Assembly (NCBI GenBank): GCA_000091205.1
Contig: AP006500.2
DNA from: Cyanidioschyzon merolae
Lineage: Eukaryota
Strand: one strand, 5' to 3'
DNA: 64,000 nt
In this document: piece after piece, positions 55,989-64,000 of the stretch
Layout: every line of letters starts with the position of its first letter
How positions within the stretch are numbered: position 1 is the first letter of the stretch
Notes under the pieces: model-generated
The model's input: only the letters and a program-made list of their open reading frames with translations
Told to the model about the DNA's origin: nothing
Database searches by the model: none
Translations under genes and position numbers: made by a program

Positions 55989-57593
55989 CTACCGCGGCGG
56001 CAGGTACTCGATAGCGCGCGTAGGTAAAGCGAAATCCGCCAATTCGCTTTTCACGATGCGATTCAGTTCGATGAGTACCTGTTGTTGAATTTCGAGAAAC
56101 CTCCGTCCGTCCGTCACATTCACAATGCAACTTAACTGAATCGGCAACGAGTACTCCGCAAATTCCGTGAAGAATACCGAGATGGACTCTCGGTAGGCCG
56201 CGATCTCCGGAACCTCCGCCAGCATTTCCCGCACCCGCTCCACGATCCTACCGATTTTGTCGATATCCTGGTACCGGAGTCCGAAGCGAAGATTGATCCT
56301 TCGATTTGTTATTCGAGAGTTATTGGTGAGACGTTCGTTCAAGAGCTGCGCGTTTGGAATCCAGATCGGTCGCCCGTCTGCACCGATGAGCTCGGTTTTA
56401 TAGAAACCGATCTGGCGCACTTGCCCCGATACACCGAGCGTATTCAACTGGACGGATTCACCGGGTGCAAACGGCGCCCCCAGGGCAAGCATGATGCCGC
56501 TGATAAAGTTCTTGGCAAGTTCCTGTGTGGCCAAGCCGACGGCCAAGCCTCCGATACCACCAAACGCTAAGATGGAGCGCAGTGGCAGACCGGTGGTTTC
56601 AACGAAAACCAGGAACGCAACAGCGTAAATGAGAACCGTTCCGAGCCTTCCCAGCACAAATATCTGAGACAACGACAGGTCCTCGCGTTCATACAAGAAC
56701 CAGTTGTAGAACGTGTCGAGCACGAAAGCAAAGTACCCAATCGTAGCGAGACGGGAGATAACGTACGGCAGTTTAGGCCAGATGGTGATTCCCAGTCGTG
56801 CACCCAGCACGAGCCCAAACTGACAGGCCATGACCCCCAGCCGCAGTGTTAGGAAAAGTCCCACAGCCCGCTCCGTAGACTCTATCCAGCGCACAAGCCC
56901 GTGTTCGTCAGCGGGAATAAGTTTTCTCGTTAACCACTTGTCCGGCAAACGAGCACCGGCTGGTTGAAGAACGCTTCGCGCTAAGATGCGGACCATGCGA
57001 CGATACGCAACCAACAAAATAAGAATGACGAGCAGGTCAGACAGTGTAAACGCCGCCACGAGCCTTGATTTGCCCCCCAGCGAAACTGGTGTTTCGAGGA
57101 TGCTCCCAATATCCAGGTTGTGAACGTGCGTCGAAAGGTGCGCTTGCCACAGGCTCGACAGTGCCTGCCGCTGGTGCTGCCCTGCGTGCGCCAGCAGCAG
57201 TCTACCGACGCCACGCGGCAACACAGACACCGCCGGGAGCGCTCGTTTTTTCCATCGACACAGCTTCAGTCGTGCATCTCGAGAAAAGATCCTATGCGTA
57301 TGATATCCTACACCAGAGAAGGGGTTCCCCTGCAGCGGTACGAATGAGAGCGTTTGCGTCGCTAGCTTCTCCATAGGCGTACCAGAAGCGATCGAGCAGC
57401 AATGCTTGCTTCGTTTACGCGTCGATCCACCTCGCATAGGTACAAATATTGGAGGCGCGGCGTCCTGGCGCGCGATCCGTGATGCCGCGCTGGATCCGTT
57501 TGGCGCGCGACGTGCAAGGCTTCCATGAAACAGAACAGAACTACACATTTCTTTCCTATCTTCGATCGCAGCCGCCGCAGATCGCTTGCTCAC
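55989..57593 (-). CDS. MscS-like mechanosensitive ion channel (MSL family)
   Basis: Several N-terminal TM helices are followed by the conserved MscS pore and beta domain: 'GGIGGLAVGLATQELAKNFISGIMLALGAPFAPGESVQLNTLGVSGQVRQIGFYKTELIGADGRPIWIPNAQLLNERLTNNSR'. Confidence 0.8.
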   Translation of the reverse strand: MSKRSAAAAIEDRKEMCSSVLFHGSLARRAPNGSSAASRIARQDAAPPIFVPMRGGSTRKRSKHCCSIASGTPMEKLATQTLSFVPLQGNPFSGVGYHTHRIFSRDARLKLCRWKKRALPAVSVLPRGVGRLLLAHAGQHQRQALSSLWQAHLSTHVHNLDIGSILETPVSLGGKSRLVAAFTLSDLLVILILLVAYRRMVRILARSVLQPAGARLPDKWLTRKLIPADEHGLVRWIESTERAVGLFLTLRLGVMACQFGLVLGARLGITIWPKLPYVISRLATIGYFAFVLDTFYNWFLYEREDLSLSQIFVLGRLGTVLIYAVAFLVFVETTGLPLRSILAFGGIGGLAVGLATQELAKNFISGIMLALGAPFAPGESVQLNTLGVSGQVRQIGFYKTELIGADGRPIWIPNAQLLNERLTNNSRITNRRINLRFGLRYQDIDKIGRIVERVREMLAEVPEIAAYRESISVFFTEFAEYSLPIQLSCIVNVTDGRRFLEIQQQVLIELNRIVKSELADFALPTRAIEYLPPR

Positions 57594-57878
57594 CTAATCG
57601 ATGGATCGATGCATGGATCGATGAACGTAGCGTGGCCGTCACGCGACACACCACGTGTCGCAGCGCGCCGCGCTTCACCGCGATCTGCAGCCACGCGAGC
57701 GCACCGAGCGCTGGGCGCCGCACGAACGCACGCACGCGATCGACGTTCGCGCGAATCACGCATTCGCCGGTGTTCCGTACGTGCGCTGTTACGAACACCA
57801 CCAACACCAACACCAACACCAACACCACAACCTTCATCGTCATCGTCTTAAACTCTGATAGCGGTTCGATCACGAGTC

Positions 57879-58547
57879 ATGTCAGCGGCGTCAAAGAAAA
57901 AGTATTTTGAAGATATTGCGGGGGGTTCCACGAAACCGACGGACGTGCTCGAAAGTGGTCCGACGGCGCCGAGTGCCGGCAGCGATCGGAAGCTGGCAAC
58001 TGTCGCTGCAAAGGAGACTGATCGTCAGTTTTCCGCTGCAAGCAGTCCGATGGAGACTACAAAACCAGCGCAGCCAGCGGCATCGGCAGTGAGCGCACGT
58101 GAAGCCACGACGAACGGCCTGTCGAACGCGAAGACGGTTGGCGCGGCTGCGGACACGGATCGCCCAACGCAGACGGCAGCGGCAGCAGCACCGACTACAA
58201 CCGCCAAGCAGGCTGCCCAGCCTACGAGGCCGTCGGCTCCGACTGCTGTCGAGAACGCCGCCGCGCAAACGAAACCGGAGAAAGAGGCCAAGCCCGCTGC
58301 TGCGTCGACCAAGCCCGAGTCGTCGTCGTCGTCGTCGAAGCGGCTCCTTACCATTGGAGAGAAAGCCTACGAGTTGTGGCAGAGTGGAAACAGCCAGGAC
58401 TCGGAAAAGAACTGGAACGACGCGATCTATCAGCTAGCATGCCAGCGGGCGCACGAGATCTGGTTGGAAACGGGATGTGAGGACTCGGAAGCCAACTTCC
58501 ACAAGGCACGCGAGGAAGTGATCGCCAACGGCGGTTTGTACGTCTAG
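57879..58547 (+). CDS. Low-complexity (Ala/Thr/Pro-rich) protein with two C-terminal DUF2934-like repeats
   Basis: 'GEKAYELWQSGNSQDSEKNWNDAIYQLACQRAHEIWLETGCEDSEANFHKAREEV'. The two 'A[YH]E[LI]W...G...D...W..A' units resemble the DUF2934 motif, which is bacterial. Confidence 0.45.
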   Translation: MSAASKKKYFEDIAGGSTKPTDVLESGPTAPSAGSDRKLATVAAKETDRQFSAASSPMETTKPAQPAASAVSAREATTNGLSNAKTVGAAADTDRPTQTAAAAAPTTTAKQAAQPTRPSAPTAVENAAAQTKPEKEAKPAAASTKPESSSSSSKRLLTIGEKAYELWQSGNSQDSEKNWNDAIYQLACQRAHEIWLETGCEDSEANFHKAREEVIANGGLYV

Positions 58548-58840
58548 GCACGGGTCCGTGCGGAATCGTCCGGATGCCAGCCACCGGTTCGATCAAGGGA
58601 TTGGCGTGTGTGCGCAAGGCAAGACATGTACGATATGCAGGTTAGTGCTTCTGGGAGAGTTTACCACACACACACACACAGATCTGTATTATATACAAAA
58701 GTAAACGCACGTGTGTTGAACACCATTCTTTTCGCCGTGGGAACCTGGATGGCATCTCCGATGATGATGCGCACCGCTAGCGCCACGAGTCGATCGCTCT
58801 TCGCAGCAGTTCGTCTGGTGCGCATGCGCACGCGCGCAGG

Positions 58841-61800
58841 CTAGCCTTGCCCGCGGTCCGGCGCCCGTCGCTGTCCACGGTGACCGGTGGCATCCGTGGT
58901 CGACGACGTGGCATCGATTGAGGTAACAGGCACCAGGCCGGCAACCTGTGCAACCGAACTCGAATGCCGTTTCAGTGCCGGCATCTGTCCGTACATGGCC
59001 TGTACCAGATCATGCACATCCAGGGGCGGCGACGGCGACGGCGACGGCGACGATCGTGCTGACGGCGATGTCGGCAATGGTGATGGTGAACGTGTGGATT
59101 TCGCATCCACCACCTTGTCGTAGTCGTAGGAAAAGGAATCTGCACGAGTGATTCGCTCGCTCCCGGTCAACCGAGGATCATCGTGTGCGTGTGTCCATGA
59201 CGCGTCTCTGGTCAGCTCTGGAGCACACTCGTCGGTTCGTGAAGATTTCCCAACGAACGATTTCATGAACGACTCATCTACGGTTACAACATGCAAGCCG
59301 CTGAGCGGAACCTCGCTCGCCGGTTCCGAGGTTGCCCTCCGCGACGGACCTGCAGCAGGCATATCATTCGTTATCGCCGAGTCGCTGCTCGTCGCCGGTT
59401 GCAGCGCCGAACTTTCATACACTGGCGTCTGCAAACAAGCACCTTCATCGAGAATGGCGCCTGCGGATTGAGCCGGGCGATAGAGCACAGAGGCGCCCTC
59501 CAAAAACGATGCCGCATGACACGTGTCTACTTCAGAGGCGTGCACGCATCGCGTCTGATCCGTGCTGAGATTTTCCCGCGCATCCGACGGTGGCGTTTCC
59601 ATAACAACGACAACAGGCACGCCAGCGGCATTGGGTACACTGCTTGCCGGTCGCAGGGGTGGTGCAGTTGGCGCAACGCTGCTGCGTAGCACTTGGGCAA
59701 CACAATCTGGGGTGCCCAGAGGCGCACCAGGAGGCAAGCCCTGTGCGGCTTCGCGCCTGTCGTTGCCCGCTCGCTCACTGGGCTTCGGTGCCGTATGCAC
59801 CGCTCTAGTGTCGCTGTTCGAAATCTCTGTGATCGTCGATAATCCCGAAATCGTCTGTGCGGGTGTTCTCTCAACAGGCGGAGACGCAGACGAACGAAGA
59901 GCCGTTGGCGCCGGCGCTCCAGGTACACTGACGAGATTGGGGCTCGCCTCCGACTCGGGCGGCTCTTGAAGACGCTCCAGCGGGGTGGTAACGACTCGAA
60001 TCGTGGGTATGCTGGAGACCGTCTCGACGGGCAGTGGCTTGGTTCGCGGTAATCCGGCGGTCGCTGTCGGTTGCAGATGAAGATCGAGTTGTCGATCAAT
60101 CGCCTGTGCAATGTTCTCAGCTTGGGCTTCGTCGAGGTTCAGTTCTTCGACCATCTCGCGAGCGACCTGCTCCGCTGACTCCCGATACGGGTCCATGGCG
60201 AAGGTGATGCGCTTCACCGCGCCAGACACTGGAATTCGCACTGAAAGCACCAAAATCCCCGAGTATACAAGTTTCCTGTCATTGACGCCGGAACGATTCG
60301 TAGCGTCGACCGAGGTGACATCTACGCTCAGGGCGTGTTGCGAATCCGGTACAGCGCTGGTGTCTGTCCCGCTGATACTACCCGATTCCGCCGGAAGGAT
60401 ACTTCGGAAGGACTCATCCGCTCGGCCGATAACACGCACAATGGGACGCGTTGGCGGTGCTGCGGCCGCCTCGTCGATATCCACGCCCTCAAAGATGCGT
60501 CTGCGTCCCGGGCCTTGATGTAACGCACCCGCGGCCGCGTCTGCTTGCTGGACACCAAGGAGACCGCAGATAGCGTCCTTCGTGCGTTCTTCTCCCGCGA
60601 CCGCACTCGAGTCCTTCGCATTCGGGGACTGGTCGTGTAAAGCCGAAATCGTCGGCGATGCATTGTGCGACGCACGACCAGCGATGATGTAGTTCACCGT
60701 AATATTGCCAGCCGATGTTGCTTTCCCAGTAGCTGGGTGTTCCACGATGCTATGCGCCTCGGCATCAGGTGTCGTTTGGTCGCCGTTGCGTGCCCGGGCT
60801 CGCGACGGTGCATGCTCCATAGACAGTCGCGACACTGTGGTCGATGATGGCGAGGGTGACAGGTTCGATGTCAACGACTGCTTGGCAGCGTTCGTGTCAC
60901 CGTCGGGAAATTGCGTCATCGACCGCGGAACTTCCAGCGACGAGCGCGAGCGCCCGCTGTTTGGCGAGACCATCAAGTCTACGTTCGAGAGTGAACCATC
61001 GTCGCTTTCCCAGTCGGCGAAGAGCGGGTGATTGAGCAGCTGCAATGCTGTCGGGCGCTGCGACTCGGACGCCAAACACTGGAGGATGACGCGCTTCAGA
61101 TCGCACTCGACCATCCGGCTGAGCGCTTCCGGAAGCACCCCGTTGAGAACCTTCTTGAAGATCTGGCCCGCATTTTCGCATTCTGCGTACGGATACTCTG
61201 TGCTGACCATTTCGAGCATGCACATGCCAAAGGCATAGATGTCAATTTTTTCACTGTAATTCTCATCGTACAGTTCGGGCGCCATAAATTCGGGTGTCCC
61301 AATGACCGTGTACCCGCATTTGCTCGCGCGATCCTTCACCGAACTCAAACCAAGATCCCCGATCTTCACCTCGCCAATGTTTCCGTTGATGAAAATATTG
61401 TCGCATTTGAGGTCACGGTGCATAATCGGTGGCGTACACGAGTGGAGATAATGGATCGCTTCGAGGACGTTGCGGCACCACTTGCGAATAACCTTGACCT
61501 TGATCATTTTCACCTTCGCAATATACTGTTTCAAGGTCCCACTCGTCATTAGTTCCGTGATAAAATGCGCTCCTCGGACCCGGCCGCGCTCGTCGCGAAC
61601 CTCCCAACCTGCAAACAAATTGATAATATTCGGATGCTGAATAGAGCGCAGGATATTCACTTCATTCATCACTCGCTCTGTGTCCTGATTCGTCAGTCTC
61701 TGAATATTCAACTTATTCCAGGCCACCTCTATCCCGTTATCTGTATCGAAACCCTTGTACACGGTTTTATAGGCACCGGTTCCGAGAACTTCGGGAAACC

Positions 61801-62224
61801 TGAGGAATCGGCCATCAGGAGAGCGCTCCTCGAAACAGTCATCGTTGTCTTCCGTGCTGGGGCTCTGAGCGCTAGGCGCAGTCACTATGCCAGCCGGAGC
61901 ACTGGCAGCTTCACCACTGCGATGCATACCGCCGGCTGCGGCACCAGAAATCATAGCCCCAGCGCCCGGCTGTCCACCGTTCACTGGACTCAACACAGGC
62001 GGCGCCGACTGCTCCTGTGTGACAGTTGTTTCGGAGCACACACCAAGCAGAACTGGCGCCGCCTCCGTTGAATCAAAACACGCTGCGGCACTGGGCACCG
62101 CCGCACCGGCATCAGCTGGAACCGCGCGCCTAGCCGGCATCACAGGGTCCCACAGCTCCGCCCGCCTAGACACGAACGGCCCATTCACTGAAGAAGGTTC
62201 GCCCTGCTCGTCGTCTCCCATCAT
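58841..62224 (-). CDS. WNK: WNK-family ('with no lysine') serine/threonine protein kinase with a long low-complexity C-terminal tail
   Basis: The kinase domain reads 'LGTGAYKTVYKGFDTDNGIEVAWNKLNIQRL...' and has the WNK hallmarks: the catalytic Lys is in the beta2 strand 'AYKTVYKG', and 'VAWN' replaces the VAIK lysine. It also has 'IMHRDLKCDNIFINGNIGEVKIGDLGLS' and 'GTPEFMAPELY'. This is an uninterrupted 1127-aa ORF. Confidence 0.85.
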   Translation of the reverse strand: MMGDDEQGEPSSVNGPFVSRRAELWDPVMPARRAVPADAGAAVPSAAACFDSTEAAPVLLGVCSETTVTQEQSAPPVLSPVNGGQPGAGAMISGAAAGGMHRSGEAASAPAGIVTAPSAQSPSTEDNDDCFEERSPDGRFLRFPEVLGTGAYKTVYKGFDTDNGIEVAWNKLNIQRLTNQDTERVMNEVNILRSIQHPNIINLFAGWEVRDERGRVRGAHFITELMTSGTLKQYIAKVKMIKVKVIRKWCRNVLEAIHYLHSCTPPIMHRDLKCDNIFINGNIGEVKIGDLGLSSVKDRASKCGYTVIGTPEFMAPELYDENYSEKIDIYAFGMCMLEMVSTEYPYAECENAGQIFKKVLNGVLPEALSRMVECDLKRVILQCLASESQRPTALQLLNHPLFADWESDDGSLSNVDLMVSPNSGRSRSSLEVPRSMTQFPDGDTNAAKQSLTSNLSPSPSSTTVSRLSMEHAPSRARARNGDQTTPDAEAHSIVEHPATGKATSAGNITVNYIIAGRASHNASPTISALHDQSPNAKDSSAVAGEERTKDAICGLLGVQQADAAAGALHQGPGRRRIFEGVDIDEAAAAPPTRPIVRVIGRADESFRSILPAESGSISGTDTSAVPDSQHALSVDVTSVDATNRSGVNDRKLVYSGILVLSVRIPVSGAVKRITFAMDPYRESAEQVAREMVEELNLDEAQAENIAQAIDRQLDLHLQPTATAGLPRTKPLPVETVSSIPTIRVVTTPLERLQEPPESEASPNLVSVPGAPAPTALRSSASPPVERTPAQTISGLSTITEISNSDTRAVHTAPKPSERAGNDRREAAQGLPPGAPLGTPDCVAQVLRSSVAPTAPPLRPASSVPNAAGVPVVVVMETPPSDARENLSTDQTRCVHASEVDTCHAASFLEGASVLYRPAQSAGAILDEGACLQTPVYESSALQPATSSDSAITNDMPAAGPSRRATSEPASEVPLSGLHVVTVDESFMKSFVGKSSRTDECAPELTRDASWTHAHDDPRLTGSERITRADSFSYDYDKVVDAKSTRSPSPLPTSPSARSSPSPSPSPPLDVHDLVQAMYGQMPALKRHSSSVAQVAGLVPVTSIDATSSTTDATGHRGQRRAPDRGQG

Positions 62225-62624
62225 GCGAAGCAGCTCAATACGCTAACCCTATGCCGGGAACGACGCGATGGGAGAAGGCTTGCGCCAGAAACGCACGTCC
62301 AGTGTGTGTGTGTATGCGAGACAGAGAGCGCCTACGCGAGTCCCGTGCGCGCACCGTTTGCAGCAATGCGCGCGCGCCGTTTGACGCCCCCCAGCGCGCC
62401 TGGACGCGCACCGCACCGAGGCGCTGGCCCCGCGCACCGGTGCCGTTTGATGGCGCGCCTGGACGCGCGAAGCGGCGCCTTCGGTACATCGCGCGGCGCT
62501 CGAGCGCGCGCCGGCACGCATCGATCCACGAAAGGTGCCCGCGACGTCGCGATGGCAGCTGCACGCACAGCATGTGACGTGACAACACGTTTCGGGGACA
62601 CGCTGCGGCGTGTTGCGTCGAATT

Positions 62625-62663
62625 ACGTTGCGCGCTGGTAACTAGCGCGCAACGTAATTGTAT
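62625..62663. repeat. Perfect GC-rich inverted repeat, 15-bp arms and a 9-nt spacer (aattacgttgcgcgc-tggtaacta-gcgcgcaacgtaatt)
   Basis: The right arm is the exact reverse complement of the left arm. It lies ~400 bp upstream of the WNK kinase start codon and at the 5' edge of Fanzor-related copy D. Confidence 0.9.
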
Positions 62664-63300
62664 TCCGTGGCCGGGAGCGTGTCGTCGAATGCTGTTTCGC
62701 GGTTGATGGCAGGGGCGTTGACGTGCGTTCATTTGAATGAACGAAAAAAATCCAAAGGAAATGCATGGAGATAAAGGTCGGGGATTCCAGAGGGCTGGCA
62801 TCTCTGGGTACCGTGAAAGGACTGAAAATTCTCTTCTCGTTGACTATCGGGCGTAGGAGAGCAAGTGACGAAATGGAAGAAGAGAAGATATCATCGAGAC
62901 AAGGCGTTTGTCCTACGGGACGATGACGGGACTATAGTGGGACGGAGGATGCGAGCTCTAGGAATCCTGGCAATCATGCGTTTCACTGGAGGCAATAAAC
63001 GCAAGGAAACCGTGAACCGGGACTTCAACGCCGCCATCAATACCAGATGATGCGCGGCGCTGGAGACGAGACCCGAGGAGCAGAGGCGAGCGAGCTTTGT
63101 GGGGCCCCCTCTGAGGCTCGATGTCTACGTCGAGGAAAGTGATACCGAGCGCAGGCGGTCGGTCAAGAAAGGTTGGGCAGCGTCTGCGCGTGGACACGTA
63201 CGTAGATCTTCCATGGCTGCGAAACGTTTGCGTTTACTGTCATGTTTAGTAGAGTTTTTTGGTTTGACACGTCGTCTACAGCGACGATAGATCCCAGATT
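62650..63300 (+). repeat. Truncated, diverged copy of the Fanzor/TnpB-like element 3' region (copy D, plus orientation)
   Basis: The ORF at 62865-63050 (+) reads '...[33 protein letters not shown]'. Downstream, 'gtcggtcaagaaaggttgggcagcgtctgcgcgtggacacg...ccatggctgcgaaacgtttgcgtttactgtca' matches the post-stop blocks of copies A and B. Upstream, 62690-62865 matches copies B and C. A perfect 15-bp inverted repeat sits at the 5' boundary (62625-62663). Confidence 0.7.
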
Positions 63301-64000
63301 GCGGGATGGAATCTGGTATTCGGGAAAGCATCGAACATGCAGCACCCTACCTTCAAGCTTTGTAACCCCGAATGCTTCTCGTATATATTGGTAGTTTCGT
63401 ACAGTCTATTGCGCATCGAGTGCCTGCCCTGAGCACCCGCTACAGCGCTTATACCGCTGGTGCGCATGCAGCACAGTAACGGAACGCCTTTGCCATACGA
63501 CTTGGGGCGTCGCCTGGAGGCGAACTGCCCCTGAACCAGGCTCCGGTCTTGTCGCCGCTGCGCGACGCTCTGGAGAAACCAGACAGCAGCTAGGATGAAT
63601 CCTGAGCGCCGCCTCTCACGTTCGCGATGTTGTACGCAAAGCGTTGTCGGTTGGCGACGCGGGCTTTTGCTTGGCATTCACCAGTGAGCAGGTGTGCAAG
63701 GCACCGGGCCTTCCGACGAGAAGGTAGAATGTGAGTTTGCTGGCCGCTACTGAGCGTTGGGGCTCGCTCAGTTACGAGACCGACGCCTCAATCGATACGA
63801 GCGCGGATGGATTGGACGGGCGTATGCGGCCTGTGGGGTGGTCTTGTGCCACAGGCGCTTCCGCTGACGGGTACGCGGTGCGCTCGGAGCTCGGGTGCTC
63901 TGCGCGTTTGTTACGGAGTATTGGGGTCAGCGCTGGACACGTTCAGGTACGGAGTAGGAAAATAAGCATGCATAGGATGGGGGTTTGTTGTCTTGTGCGC

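Noticed and set aside
1-64000. CRISPR arrays, rRNA genes and prokaryotic operon structure
   Set aside because: No regularly spaced direct repeats with unique spacers and no rRNA-like conserved blocks were seen. Gene organisation (long N-terminal extensions, low-complexity tails, TALE/WNK/nucleoporin genes) is eukaryotic nuclear.

Overview
This is a GC-rich (~58-60%), intron-poor eukaryotic nuclear region. It is almost certainly from a photosynthetic alga: it carries a suite of nuclear-encoded, cyanobacterial-type organelle genes (sigma-70 factor, 2Fe-2S ferredoxin, L7/L12, TGD3/MlaF-like ABC ATPase, MscS channel, FolD, BSD2-like Zn-finger). Typical eukaryotic genes sit among them at about one gene per 3 kb: two TALE homeobox genes (one KNOX-like, one BELL-like), a WNK kinase, Mn-SOD, a DCAF11-like WD40 protein, FIP1, ZFPL1, a Nup50-like RanBD nucleoporin, an ePHD/Myb protein, a PCI-domain protein and a mitochondrial carrier. 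The most interesting content is a TnpB/Fanzor-like nuclease gene at 25.0-27.4 kb on the minus strand, a candidate eukaryotic OMEGA-type RNA-guided endonuclease. It has a RuvC-I motif '[14 protein letters not shown]' and a RuvC-III motif 'RDFNAAINI', is broken into four ORF segments, and lies in a lower-GC island. Three diverged, truncated copies of its 3' part (the C-terminal coding portion plus a conserved block downstream of the stop) are dispersed in the window at ~7.6-8.3 kb, ~43.0-43.65 kb and ~62.65-63.3 kb. That conserved block is a candidate omega-RNA / transposon-end module. A second, unrelated dispersed repeat family of ~450 bp has three copies, each with a small conserved ORF. All calls rest on motif recognition by eye, because no database search could be run.
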